From the human T2T-CHM13v2.0 reference genome, Homo sapiens, in NCBI RefSeq assembly GCF_009914755.1, contig NC_060947.1: DNA of 64,000 nt, one strand, 5' to 3'. Positions 42,504-56,409 of this stretch are shown in pieces. How positions within the stretch are numbered: position 1 is the stretch's first letter; each line of letters begins with the position of its first letter. The notes beneath the pieces were generated by a model that saw only the letters and a program-made list of their open reading frames with translations, did no database searches and was not told where the DNA came from. A program made the translations under genes and the position numbers.

Positions 42504-44003
42504 TGAAACTTCTTTAAAACAATTATTTTGAATTCTTTGTCAGGCAATACACAGATCTCCATGCCTTTAGAATTGATTACTGGAGATTTATTTTGTTCCT
42601 TTGGTAGTTTCATATTTCCTTGATTCTTCTTCAAATTCCTGATAGATATGCATTAGTATCTGTACAGTTGAAGAACCAGCCACATCTTCCAGTCCTTATG
42701 AAGTTGCTTCAACAGGAAAACATGTCATCAGCTACAGATTCCGGGTGTCTCTCAAATATTTTCAATGGATATGTATTCTTCACATCTCTCCCTCCTTGGG
42801 AAGGAGGCAGTCTCAGGATTGTGCACCTTCTCCCAATCTTTCAGAACCATGCTTAGTGCTAAAAGCCACCCAACCCACTTTCCTAGGTCAGTTTACTGAG
42901 ATGCTAGGTCTTTAGTTGAAAGTTCCCATTCCTTTTTTCCCTTCTGAAGCAGACATCTCAGGATTTTGTGCCTTCTTCCAGTTCTGCTGAGCTGATCTGA
43001 CTGCTGAGATATCAGTTGAGAGGTATGGCATCTACTTATAGCAACACTTCAGCTGTGATAGCTGTTGAGATGCATGCCATCTGCTGAAATCTGTGTCAGC
43101 TTCTGGGATCTGTGTCAGCTGCTGAAAGGTACATGGTAAGTTGATAACTGTGCCATCTGCTGAAATCCATGCTGTCTGGCAAAATCTGCACTGGCTGCTG
43201 AGAACCACACAGTCCACTGGGATCCATGGCAAATTCTGAGAGCTGTGCTATCTACCAGGATGTTCACTGTCAGCTGAGAACTGCAACAGATGTTCGGATC
43301 CATGCCATCTGCTGAGTCTGCATCAACTGCTGAGATCTGTGTTAGCTCCTCATAACTGGGACATCATCTGAGAGTATTACCATATTCTGAGAACTGCACC
43401 AGCTGCTGAGAGCCACACTGGCTGTTGATATCTATACCATCAGCTGATAGCTATGTTGGTTGCTGATAATTGTACTGTTTGCTGAGGTTCATGCTGTCTG
43501 CTAATATCCATGTCCTTTACTGAGATCTACACTAGCTGTTGAAATATGTGCCATAGGCTGAGCTGCACCACTTTCTGAGAAATACTCCCTCTTTGCTCTT
43601 AGCTTCCCTGACTCATTCCAATTATGCTGGGTTCCCTCAGTGTTGTAGGTAAGGTGAGATAGAAGCAGTCCTTTTGAGTAGGAATCCATATATCTAGGGA
43701 TGCTGGATGCATATTTTTCTCTCTAGTTCCCTCAATTCCATGGAAGAAATCACAGGCCAAGGTGATCTCTCTCTACATGGAGCTGTGCCAGATTGGGGTA
43801 GGGCATGGTATGGGCAAAGTGGAACTGTTCCTCTTGTCTGTTTCAATGTGGCTGTTCTTAGTCTTTGGCTTCTCTGGGATGCTACAACTTCTTAACTGGA
43901 TTCTCATGAATGTATTTTTGTCTATACATGCTTATTAAATTGGTGTTTCTCTGAGGGGATCATTGCTGGGACATTCTATTTTTTTATCTTGTTGATATCA
44001 CTC
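42504..44003 (-). mobile_element. Ancient L1M 5'UTR plus ORF1 N-terminus
   Basis: Peptide KNQGNMKLPKEQNKSPVINSKGMEICVLPDKEFKIIVLKK; terminus reads gagtgatatcaacaagat on the minus strand. Confidence 0.7.
42999..43580. repeat. Degenerate 19-bp tandem array, ~30 copies (consensus ~ctgctgagatctgtgccat)
   Basis: Units in phase, e.g. ctgctgaaatctgtgtcag, ctgctgaaatccatgctgt, ctgctgagaaccacacagt, ctgctgagatctgtgttag, ctgctgagagccacactgg, ctgttgatatctataccat. Confidence 0.85.
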
Positions 44004-44387
44004 AATATTTGATTACAGTACACAAATTTCCTTAGTCGATAGTCCAAGGATTATTTTATGACTTTCTTATGAATACAAGTTCAAGAGCCTGGAGAATGCT
44101 TTTTCCTGCTCGGTTCTCATTTTCCTTATTTTCACATTTTAAAGGAATGGTAGAATTTATACTACTAGACATCTCATGACTAATTAAATGGGTTAACAAT
44201 ATATAGGAAAAGTTAGCTGAGATGTTCCGGCTTCAACAACTCAAATTTGTACAGTATTATTTTCTGTTGGATTGTACAAATTATTCCAAGCTTTAGTACA
44301 TTAAATTCTCATATTAAAAACTACCAAATTTACATAGACAACTCTTTCATTATGCCCCTTAATATCTGAGGGATGTTCAGTCACAGC

Positions 44388-44769
44388 CTCTATTTGTGTG
44401 TTTTCACACTGCTATAAGACACTGGTCAAGAATGGGTAATTTATAATGGAAAGAGGTTGAATTGACTCACAGATCAGCATAGCTGGGGAAACTTCAGGAA
44501 ACTTTTGATCATTCCAGAAGGCAAAGGGAAAGCAAGGCACCTTTCTCACAAGGCATCAGGAAGGAGAAGGAATGCAGGAGGAACTACTAAACATTTATAA
44601 AACCATCAGATCTCATGATAACTCACTCATTATCATGAGAATGGCATGAGGGAAAACCGCCTCCATGATTCAATTACCTCCACCTAGTCTCTCCCTTGAC
44701 ACGTGGGGATTATGGGGATTACAATTCAAGATGTGATTTTGGGTGCTGATACAGCCAATCCATATCGCC
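44388..44769 (-). mobile_element. THE1D-like solo LTR
   Basis: ttttcacactgctataag...aaaaccatcagatctcatg...gattacaattcaagatgtgattttggg. Confidence 0.85.
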
Positions 44770-44860
44770 ACCCAAAATAGAAACAAAACAATGCTATTAC
44801 ACAATCCCAAATGCAAAGGATACCAGAAACTGGTATAAAGTATTTCTTTACCTTTACCTT

Positions 44861-45799
44861 TGTATCAGTTTTGCATATCTGCAAAAAAATTTATCACATG
44901 CTTAGTGACTTAAAACTACACCTATTTATTATCTCACAATTCTATAAGCCACAAACCCAGGCATTTTTGACTGAATTATCTTTCTAAGGACATCACAAGA
45001 CTGAAATTAAGGTGTCCACTAGGCTGTAGTCTTATATGGAGGGTCTGCGAAAATATTTGCTTATAAGCTCATCCATACTGTTGGCAAAAATCCAGAATAA
45101 GTTTCTTGGTTTATTGCTGGCTATCAGCCAGCAATTTTTCTCAGCTTCCAGTGGCCATACTCAGGTCCTGTGCTGTGGCCTACTTAAGAACAGAGTTCAC
45201 AAAGTCATGGTAAATTTTTCTCACACTTGGAATTGCTTTGACTCCCTTTTTTGCCAACAGCTAGAAACAACTTTTTAGAAGGGCTTGTGTGATTACATTA
45301 GGCCTATTAAATAAGCTTTCTGATTAATAAGCGATCTGGAAAATCCTTTTTGCTGTGTGTATTAGTCCATTTTTATACTGCCATGAAGAAATACCCAAGA
45401 CTGTAATTTATAAAGAAAAAGAGGTTTAACGAACTCATAGTTTCACATAGCTGGGGAGGGTTCAAAATCATGGTAGAAGGCAAAGAAGAAGCAAAGTCAC
45501 CTCTTACATGGCAGCAGGCAAGAGAGTGTGTGCAGGGGAACTGCCCTTTATAAAACCATCAGATTTCTCGAGACTTATCCTCTATCATGAGAACAGCACA
45601 GGAAAAACCTGCCCCCATGATTCAATTACCTCACACTGGGTCCCCCTCATGACACATGGAGATTATGAGAGCTACAATTCAAGATGAGATTTGGGTTGGA
45701 ACACAGCCAAATCATATCACCATGTAATGCAACAGAATCACTAGAGTAATTCCAGAGGTCAAACGCCACAGGGATCAGCTTAGAATTATCTGTACCACA
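44861..45799 (-). mobile_element. MLT1 LTR interrupted by THE1
   Basis: tgtatcagttttgcatatctgc...cttaaaactacacctatttattatctcacaattct; ends cttagaattatctgtaccaca. Confidence 0.7.
45358..45719 (-). mobile_element. THE1B/C solo LTR
   Basis: tgtattagtccatttttatactgccatgaagaaatacccaagac...acacagccaaatcatatca; TSD ctgtg/ccatg. Confidence 0.9.
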
Positions 45800-46109
45800 T
45801 ACATATAAATGTTGAGCCTTAGATCCATGCCTAAGGGTCCCTTTTATCTGATACCCTCTTGGTATATTTTGTCTTGTATACCCCTATCCATAATAGGCAT
45901 TGTTCATTTATGCAGCAAGGCTCATCCTTGCAACAATGAATGATGTTAAGAACATGGAAGCCATGAATTCTACCTCTATTCTGTAGTAGACTATGAAGTC
46001 AGTAGTAGACTATGAAGACCATGGTATTCTTTCTTAGAAGCAGGAGTAGATCTTTCAAGACTCTTCAGAGTAGAGCATGCTTAAAACAAACTACCCTTGC
46101 TATTGGCAA

Positions 46110-46255
46110 TACAGTCTCCAAGTTATGATGGTTCACCTCAAGATTTTTTAACTTTAACATGGTGCAAAATCAATATACATTCAATAAGCACACTCCTTGT
46201 CTTGCAGTAGGGTATATACAGATAAACATTATAAGTTGAAAATACGGTAAGTCAT
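46110..46255. mobile_element. Tigger4/MER46-like DNA transposon fragments
   Basis: cagtctccaagttatgatggttcacctcaagattttttaactttaacatggtgcaaaa; gataaacattataagttgaaaatacggtaagtc. Confidence 0.5.
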
Positions 46256-46461
46256 ATATTGCAAATATTGCATATTTTGTAGTCCCACTTCTTCCCCTGC
46301 TGATAATCTTGTGCATGTCATCATGATGCATACAAATAAGAAAATTATTTCCACACACATTTTCTCATATTGTGCCTTTGCATTTTTTAATTAAGGTATC
46401 CAGAGTACCCTATTATTCCATCTTTACAGAATCAATCCTTGTTTCATTAAATGCTGCCTTC

Positions 46462-47966
46462 TGTGTCTATTCATATCCTTCACCCACTTTTTGATGGAGT
46501 TATTTCTTTTTTTTCTTTTTTTTTAAATTTATTTATTTATTTATTATTATTATACTTTAAGCTTTAGGGTACACGTGCACAATGTGCAGGTTAGTTATAT
46601 ATGTATACATGTGCCATGCTGGTGTGCTGCACCCACTAACTCGTTATCTAGCATTAGGTATATCTCCCAATGCTATCCCTCCCCACTCCCCCCACCCCAC
46701 AACAGTTGCCAGAGTGTGATGTTCCCCTTCCTGTGTCCATGTGATCTCATTGTTCAATTCCCACCTATGAGTGAGAATATGCGGTGTTTGGTTTTTTGTT
46801 CTTGCGATAGTTTACTGAGAATGATGATTTCCAATTTCATCCATGTCCCTACAAAGGACATGAACTCATCATTTTTTGTGGCTGCTTAGTATTCCATGGT
46901 GTATATGTGCCACATTTTCTTAATCCAGTCTATCATTGTTGGACATTTGGGTTGGTTCCAAGTCTTTGCTATCGTGAATAATGCCACAATAAACATACTT
47001 GTGCATGTGTCTTTATAGCAGCATGATTTATAGTCCTTTGGGTATATACCCAGTAATGGGATGGCTGGGTCAAATGGTATTTCTAGTTCTAGATCCCTGA
47101 GGAATCGCCACACTGACTTCCACAATGGTTGAACTAGTTTACAGTCCCACCAACAGTGTAAAAGTGTTCCTATTTCTCCACATCCTCTCCAGCACCTGTT
47201 GTTTCCTGACTTTTTAATGATTGCCATTCTAACTGGTGTGAAATGGTATCTCATTGTGGTTTTGATTTGGAGTTATTTCTTTGTATCTGGTACATTTGTT
47301 TAAGTTCTTTATAGATTCTGGATATTAGCCCTTTGTCAGATGGATAGATTGCAAAAATTTACTCCCATTCTGTAGGTTGCCTGTTCAGTCTGATGATAGT
47401 TTCTTTTGCTGTGCAGAAGCTCTTTAGTTTATTTAGATCCACCAATACCATTATTGGGTATATACCCAAAGGATTATAAATCATTCTACTATAAAGACAC
47501 ATGCACACGTATGTTTATTGCAGCACTGTTCACAATAGCAAGGACTTGGAACCAACCAAAATGCCCATCAATGATAGACTGTATAAAGAAAATTTGGCAC
47601 ATATACACCATGGAATACCATGCAGCCATAAAAAAGGATGCGTTCAGGTCCTTTGCAGGGACATGGATGAAGCTGGAAACCATCATTCTCAGCAAACTAA
47701 CATAGGAACAGAAAACCAAACACCACATGTTCTCACTCATAAGTGGGAGTTGAACAACGAGAACACATGAAGACAGGGAGGGAAACATCACACACTGGGG
47801 CCTGTGAGGAGTGGGGGGCTAGGGGAGGGATAGCATTAGGAGAAATACCTGATGTAGATGATGTGTTGATGGGTGCAACAAACCACCATGACACGTGTAT
47901 GCCTATGTAACAAATCTGCACGTTCTGCACATGTATCCCAAAACTTAAAGTCTAATAATAAAAAAG
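46462..47966 (+). mobile_element. L1PA7-like 3' end with inverted 5' segment (minus 46462-47438, plus 47439-47966), hosting a nested L1PA2
   Basis: Strand switch at atttagatcc|accaataccatt; 3' end ggagaaatacctgatgtagatgatg...aacttaaagtctaataataaaaaa. Confidence 0.82.
46510..47267 (-). mobile_element. 5'-truncated L1PA2-like insertion (~760 bp)
   Basis: 3'UTR GCTAGATAAC-GAG-TTAGTGGG; 15-bp TSD tggagttatttcttt (46495-46509, 47268-47282). Confidence 0.92.
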
Positions 47967-49092
47967 CTACTGATTTTTGTACATTGATTTTTTATTATGA
48001 AACTTCACTAAAATTGTTTATAAGTTCTAGATGGCTTTTGGATAAGATGATGGAGTTTCCTAGGTACACAATTATATAATCGGTCAAGAGACAAACTTTG
48101 GCTTCCTCTCTTTCTTTGAATGCCTTTTATTTCTTTCTCTTCCCTGATTGCTTTGGCTAGGTTTTTTGTACTATGTGGAATAGGAATGGTAAGAGCAGGC
48201 ATCTTTTTCTTGTTCTTTTTCACAAGGGGAATGCTTCAATTTTACCCATGCAGTAAGCTATTGGATGTGGGTTTGCCATAAATGGCTCTTATTATTTTCA
48301 AGAATGTTCCTTTGATGCCTGATTTGTTTAGGGTTTATAACATAAAAGGCTGTTGGATTAGGTTGCAAGCCTTTTCTGTGTACATTGAGATGATCATGTG
48401 GTTTTTGTTTTTAGTTCTCTTTATGTGATGAATCACATTTATAGGTTTGCATATGTTGAACCAACCTTGCATCCCAGAGATAAAATATACCTGATGGTGG
48501 TGGATTAGCTTTTGATATGCTATTGGATTTGGTTTGCTACTACTTTGTTATGGATTTTTTTTGCATCTATATTCATCAAGGATATTGACTCATAGACTAT
48601 TTTTGTTTTGTCTCTGACATGTTTTGGTATCAGAATAATGCTGGCCTGATAGAATGAGCTAGTGAGGAGTTTATCCTATTCAAATTTTAGGAATAATTGC
48701 AGTACGAATGGCACCAGATCTTCTTTGTACATATGCTGACACTTGGATGGGAATCCATCTGGTACAGGGCCTTTTCTTGTTATTAGGTTTTCTGCTATTA
48801 ATTCAATTTCTGAACTCATTATTTTTGTTTTTAGTGTTTCAGGTTTTCTTGGTTCAATATTGGTAGGTTGTATGTTTCCAGGAATTTATCCATTTCTTCT
48901 AGATTTTCCAATTTGTGTGCATAAAAGGGTTTGTGATAGTCTCTGAGAATTTTTTTCGTGTTTCTATGGGGTCTGTGGTAATGTCACCTTTATCACTTGG
49001 GATTATGTTTATTTAGTTCTCTCTTTTTTCTTTATTGATGTAGTTAGCAGTTTTATCAGTCTTTTTTGTTCTTTCAAAAAGCAAATTTTGGT
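47967..49092 (-). mobile_element. Older L1 (L1PB/L1PA13-16-like) ORF2 fragment
   Basis: gctactgatttttgtacattgat; peptide [15 protein letters not shown]. Confidence 0.85.
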
Positions 49093-49097
49093 TATAT

Positions 49098-51157
49098 TCT
49101 TTTTTTTATATATACTTGAAATTTTAGGGTACATGTGCACAACATGCAGGTTAGTTTCATATGTATACATGTGCCATGTTGGTGTGCTGCAACCATTAAT
49201 TCGTCATTTAACATTAGGTATATCTCCTAATGCTATCTCTCCCCCCTCCCCCCACTCCACAACAGGCCCCAGTGTGTGATGTTCTCCTTCCTGTGTCCAA
49301 GTGTTCTCATTGTTCAATTCCCACCTATGAACGAGAACATGTGGTGTTTGGCTTTTTGTCCTTGTGATAGTTTGCTGAGAATGATGGTTTCCAGCTTCAT
49401 CCATGTCCCTACAAAGGACATGAACTCATCATTTTTTATGGCTGCATAGTATTCCATGGTGTATATGTGCCACATTTTCTTAATCCAGTCTATCATTGTT
49501 GGACATTTGGGTTGGTTCCAAGTCTTTGCTATTGTGAATAGTGCCGCAATAAACATACGTGTGCATGTGTCTTTATAGCAGCATGATTTATAATCCTTTG
49601 GGTATATACCCAGTAATGGGATGAGTGGGTCAAATGGTATTTCTAGTTCTAGATCCCTGAGGAATCATCACACTGTCTTCCACAATGGTTGAACTAGTTT
49701 ACAGTCCCACCAACAGTGTAAAAGTGTTCCTATTGTCCACATCCTCTCCAGCACCTGTTGTTTCCTGACTTTTTAATGATCACCATTCTAACTGGTGTGA
49801 GATGGTATATCATTGTGGTTTTGATTTGCATTTCTCTGATGGCCAGTGATGATGAACATTTTTTCATGTGTCTGTTGGCTGAATAAATGTCTTCTTTTAA
49901 GAAGTGTCTGTTCATATCCTTCACCCACTTTTTGACGGGGTTTTTTTTTTCTTGTAAGTTTGTTTGAGTTCATTGTAGATTCTGGATATTAGCCCTTTGT
50001 CAGATGAGTAGATTGCAATAATTTTCTCCCATTCTGTAGGGTGCCTGTTCATTCTGATGGTAGTTTCTTTTGCTGTGCAGAAGCTCTTTAGTTTAATTAG
50101 ATCCCATTTGTCAATTTTGGCTTTTGTTGCCATTGCTTCTGGTGTTTTAGACATGAAGTCCTTGCCCATGCCTGTGCCCTGAAGGGTATTGCCTAGGTTT
50201 TCTTCTAGGGTTTTTATGGTTTCAGGTCTAATGTTTAAGTCTTTAATCCATCCTGAATTAATTTTTGTATAAGGTGTAAGGAAGGGATCCAGTTTCAGCT
50301 TTCTACATATGGCTAGCCAGTTTTCCCAGAACCATTTATTAAATAGGGAATCCTTTCCCCATTTCTTGTTTTTGTCAGGTTTGTCAAAGATCAGATGGTT
50401 GTAGATATGTGGCATTATTTCTGAGGGCTCTGTTCTGTTCCATTGGTCTATATCTCTGTTTTGGTACCAGTACCATACTGTTTTGGTTACTGTAGCCTTG
50501 TAGTATAGTTTGAAGTCAGGTAGCGTGATGCCTCCAGCTTTGTTCTTCTGGCTTAGGATTGACTTGGCAATGTTGGCTCTTTTTTGGTTCCATATGAACT
50601 TTAAAGTAGTTTTTTCCAAATCTGTGAAGAAAGTCATTGGTAGCTTGATGGGGATGGCATTGAATCTGTAAATTACCTTGGGCAGTATGGCCATTTTCAT
50701 GATATTGATTCTTCCTACCCATGAGCATGGATTGTTCCTCTATTTGTTTGTATTCTCTTTATTTCATTGAGCAGTGGTTTGTAGTTCTCCTTGAAGAGGT
50801 CCTTCACGTCCTCTTGTAAGTTGAATTCCTAGGTATTTTATTCTCTTTGAAGCAATTGTGAATGGCAGTTCATTCATGATTTGGCTCTCTGTTTGTCTGT
50901 TATTGGTGTATAAGAATGCTTGTGATTTTTGCACATTGATTTTGTATCCTGAGACTTTGCTGAAGTTGCCTATCAGCTTAAGGAGATTTTGGGCTGAGAT
51001 GATGGGGTTTTCTAGATATTCAATCATGTGATCTGCAAACAGGGACAATTTGACTTCCTCTTTTCCTAATTGAATACCCTTTATTTCCTTCTCCTGCCTG
51101 ATTGCCCTGGCCAGAACTTCCAACACTGTGTTGAATAGGAGTGGTGAGAGAGGGCAT
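49098..51157 (-). mobile_element. L1PA4-like 3' ~2 kb
   Basis: tcgtcatttaacattagg 3'UTR; ORF2 pieces 49921-50700 and 50764-51126 (FADH instead of FADD). Confidence 0.92.
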
Positions 51158-51912
<755 letters not shown>

Positions 51913-52225
51913 TTAACTTCATTGAGAATTCTCAAAACAGCTTTCCACAGTGACTGAACTAATTTGCATTTCCAGCAATTGTGCATAAGCATTCCCTTTT
52001 CTCCTCAACCTCACCAGCATCTGTTATGTTTAACTTATTAATAATGGTCATTCTTACTGGCACAACATACTATCTCATTGTGGTTTTGATTTGTATTTAT
52101 CTGACAATTAGAGACTTTGAGTATTTTTTATATATTTGTTGGCCACTTGTATGTCTTCTTTTGAGAAGTGTTTGTTCATGTGTTTTGCCCACTTTTTGAT
52201 GGAGTTGATAGTTTTTTGTTTGTTC

Positions 52226-53028
52226 ATTTTTTTTATTATTATACTTTAAGTTTTAGGGTACATGTGCACAACTTGCAGGTTTGTTACATATGTATACATG
52301 GGCCATGTTGGTGTGCTGCACCCATTAACTCGTCAATTAGCATTAGGTATATCTCCTAATGCTATCCCTCCCCCCTCCCCCCACTCCACAACATTCCCTG
52401 GTGTATGATGTTCCCCTTCCTGTGTCCATGTGTTCTTATTGTTCAATTCCCACCTATGAGTGAGAACATGCAGTGTTTGTTTTTTTGTCCTTGTGATAGT
52501 TTGCTGAGAATGATGGTTTCCAGCTTCACCCATATCCCTACAAAGGACACGAACTCTTCATTTTTTATGGCTGCATAGTATTCCATGGTGTATATGTGCC
52601 ACATTTTCTTAATCCAGTCTATCATTGTTGGACATTTGGGTTGGTTCCAAGTCTTTGCTATTGTGAATAGTGCCACAATAAATATACGTGTGCATGTTAT
52701 CTTTATAGCAGCATGGTTTATAATTCTTTGGGTATATACCCAGTAATGGGATGGCTGGGTCAAATGGTATTTCTAGTTCTAGATCCCTGAGGAATCGCCA
52801 CACCAACTTCCAGAATGGTTGAACTAGTTTACAGTCCTACCGACAGTGTAAAAGTGTTCCTATTTCTCCACATCCTCTCCAGTACCTGTTGTTTCCTGAC
52901 TTTTTAATGATTGCCATTCTAACGGGTGTGAGATGGTATCTCATTGTGGTTTTGATTTGCATTTCTCGGATGGCCAGTGATGGTGAGCATTTTTTCATGT
53001 GTTTTTTGGCTGCATAAATGTCTTCTCT
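52226..53028 (-). mobile_element. L1PA4/5-like 3' end (~800 bp)
   Basis: ttattatactttaagttttagggtacatgtgcac; ORF2 C-terminal peptides. Confidence 0.92.
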
Positions 53029-53910
53029 TAAGTTTCTTATAGATTCTGGATAGTAGATCTTTGATGAATGCAGTATGCAAAAATTTCCTCCCATTCTGAG
53101 GGTTGTTGGTTTACTCTGGTAATATTTTATTTTCCTGCCCAGAAAGTCTTATATTTACTTAGGTCACACTTGTCAAGCTTTGGTTTTGTAACAATTGCTT
53201 TTGAGGACTTTGTCATAAATTCTTTCCAAAGGCCAGTGTTTAGAAGGTTATTTTCTAAGTTTGTTTCTAGAATTTCTGTAGTTTGAGATCTTACAGTTAA
53301 ATATTTAATTCATCTTGAGTTAATTTTTGCACGTGGTAAAAAGTAAAATGTCCCATTTTATTCTTCTGCATATGACTTGGCAGCTATCCCAGAATTATTT
53401 ATTGAATAGGATGTCTGTTCCCCATTGCTTATTTTTTCTGACTTTGCTGAAGATCAAATAGGTGTAGTTTTCCAACTTCATTTCTGAGTTCGCTTTCCTG
53501 TTCCATTAGTCTATGTGTGTTTTTCTAGCAGGATCGTGTTGTTTTGGTTACTGTGGCCTTAAAGTGTTGTTTGAAGTCAGGTAATTTGACACCTCTGGCT
53601 TAGTTCTTTTTGCTTAGCTTTGGTTTTGCTATTGTCTTTTTTGTTTCCATGTGAATTTTATAATTTTTCTAATTCTCTGCAAAGTGATGTTGATATATTC
53701 ATAGGAATAGATTAGAATCTGTAGATTGCTTTTAGGAAATATGGCCATTTTGACAATATTGATTCTTCCAATCCATGAGCAGGAAAGGTTTTTCAGTTGT
53801 TTGTGTCATACATGATTTCTTTCAGCAGTGTCTTGTAATTCTCATTTTAGAGATTTTTTACCTCCTTGGTTAGGTGTATTCCTGAGTTTATATTTGTGGA
53901 TATTGTAAAT

Positions 53911-54253
53911 TTTATTTATTTTATTTATTTTATTTTATTTTATTTTATTTTATTTTATTTTATTTTATTTCTGAGAAAGATTTTTGCCCTGTCTCTAGGC
54001 TGGGGCACAGTGGCGCGATATGGGCTGATTGCAACCTCTGTCTCCTGGGTTCAAGCGATTCTCGTGTCTCCGTCTCTTGTATAGCTGGAATTACAGGTGC
54101 CCGCTACCACGCTCAGCTAATTTTTGTATTCTTAGTAGGGACGGGGTTTCACCATGTTGGCTGGACTGGTCTCAAACTCCAGACCTCAGGTGATCCACCT
54201 GCCTTGGCCTCCCAAAGTGCTGGAATTACACGCATGAGCCACTGTGCCTGTCC
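53911..54253 (-). mobile_element. Alu (AluS-like) with (TTTTA)n tail
   Basis: Reverse Alu dimer; ~12 TTTTA units at 53911-53970. Confidence 0.9.
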
Positions 54254-54283
54254 CCTAAAATTTTATTCTTGATTTGGCTCTCA

Positions 54284-54632
<349 letters not shown>

Positions 54633-55964
54633 CTATTTTTACATTCATTTTGTATTCTTAAACTTTATTAAAATCATTTATTAGATCCAGGAGCACTTGG
54701 TGGGGCCCTTAGGCTTTTCTAAAAGAAAAGAAAAGAATTACATTGACAGTCAAGATAAATAATTTGATTCCTTTTCCAATTTGGATGTCTTTCATTGTTT
54801 TCTCTTGCCTGATTGCTTTGGGTAGTACTTTTAATAACATATTGAATAGGTGCGTGATAGGGTGTTTCCTTGTCTTTTTCCTGTTCTTAAGGGAAATGCT
54901 TTTAGCTTTTGTCCATTCAGTATGACACTTGTGTGTTTGTCATATGTGGCTGTCATTATTGTGAAGTACGTTCCTTCAATGCCTAGTTTGTTGCAGGTTT
55001 TTATCACAAAGGCATGTTGAATTTTAATGAAAGCTTTTTCCACATCTACTGAGATGATCATGATATTTGTTTTTAATTCTGTTTGTATGGTGAAACATGT
55101 TTATTGATTTTCATATTTTGAAACAACTTTGCATCCCAGATATAAAGTATCTGGTGGGTTATAAAGATATAAAGATCTTGGTGGGTTAATTGTTTGATGT
55201 ATTGCTGGATTTGGTTTGCTAGTATTTTGTTGAAAAATTTGAATGTATGTTAATCAGGAATACAAGTCTGTATTTTTCTTTTATTCGTTGAGTTTTTATC
55301 AGGTTTTGGTATCAGAATAATGCTCAATTTAGACATTAAGTTAAGGACCCATTCCTCTGCTTAAATTTCTGGAATAATTTCTGTAGAATTTGTCCCATCT
55401 CTTCTTTGTACATTTGGCAGAATTCAAATGTGAATCCATGTGGTCTGGGGCTTTTTGGTTTCATATTTTTTTTATTAGTAATTCATTCTTGGAACTCATT
55501 ATTAGTCTGTTCAGGGTTTTAATTTCCTTTTTATTTAATCTTTGGCAGTGGTATGTTTCCAAGTATTTTACTATTTTCTCTAGATTTACTAGTTTGTGTT
55601 CATAGAGGTGTTCATAATTTTCTCCTAGGATCTTTTATATTTCTGGGAGATTATTTGTAATGCCACTTTTGTCATTTACGATTATACATATTTGAACCTT
55701 CTCTCTTAAAAAATAATTCAAGTTAAGGCAGTATAAATCATAAGCTTCCAATGAAAAGGATTCACACATTTGTCAGCATTTAGCCATAGGGATATTCATG
55801 ATGTCTAAATAATGGGTCTTTTGACCACATTTAGTTCACTATAGTTAAGAAACTGTGTTACATTAAAAAGCAATACCAAACTGAGACAAATGGGAGAAAT
55901 AGGGAAAATGTACAAATTGTTGCCTTTACTGACTGTATTTTTTGCTAAATAATAAATTCTATGC

Positions 55965-56100
55965 AGAGAGTTGGGAAGATCTGAGTTTGATTCTATTCTT
56001 GGCCCTTGGCTAAGTTACCTTAGTCACTTTTTCAGCTAGGTATACCGTATCATCTGTGAAATAAACTGGTTAGACCAAATGTTCTCAAAGGTATTTTCTA
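55965..56100 (+). mobile_element. MIR-like fragment
   Basis: gaagatctgagtttgattc...ccttggctaagttaccttagtcac...catctgtgaaataa. Confidence 0.55.
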
Positions 56101-56409
56101 AAACTAAAATATTTATATTTCTCCATATATCATCTGTAGAGTTATCCATTTTGTTAGATAGAAATAATAGCACTTTATTATTTTTGTAAATAAATATATG
56201 TTTTCGTGAGCAATGTTATAATTTCTATAAGGAGAAAGAATATGGGAAAAAAGTCAAACTTTCCTTCAACGTTATCTTTGTTCTTTTGGCCTCAGAATAA
56301 TGTTCAAGCTCCATGTCTCTATTATAAGTGCTGGTACAGGTAGACTATTATGTGATTCTGATGATGAAGTTTATAGAAAACATGGCATCTATTTATGCTA
56401 AGATGTATT

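Noticed and set aside
42999-43580. 19-bp array as a CRISPR-like repeat-spacer locus
   Set aside because: The units are contiguous degenerate copies with no constant repeat plus unique spacer, there are no cas genes, and the context is a primate L1.
45983-46017. 16-bp direct repeat gtagtagactatgaag separated by 3 bp
   Set aside because: A simple local tandem duplication; there is no element between the copies, so it is not a TSD.
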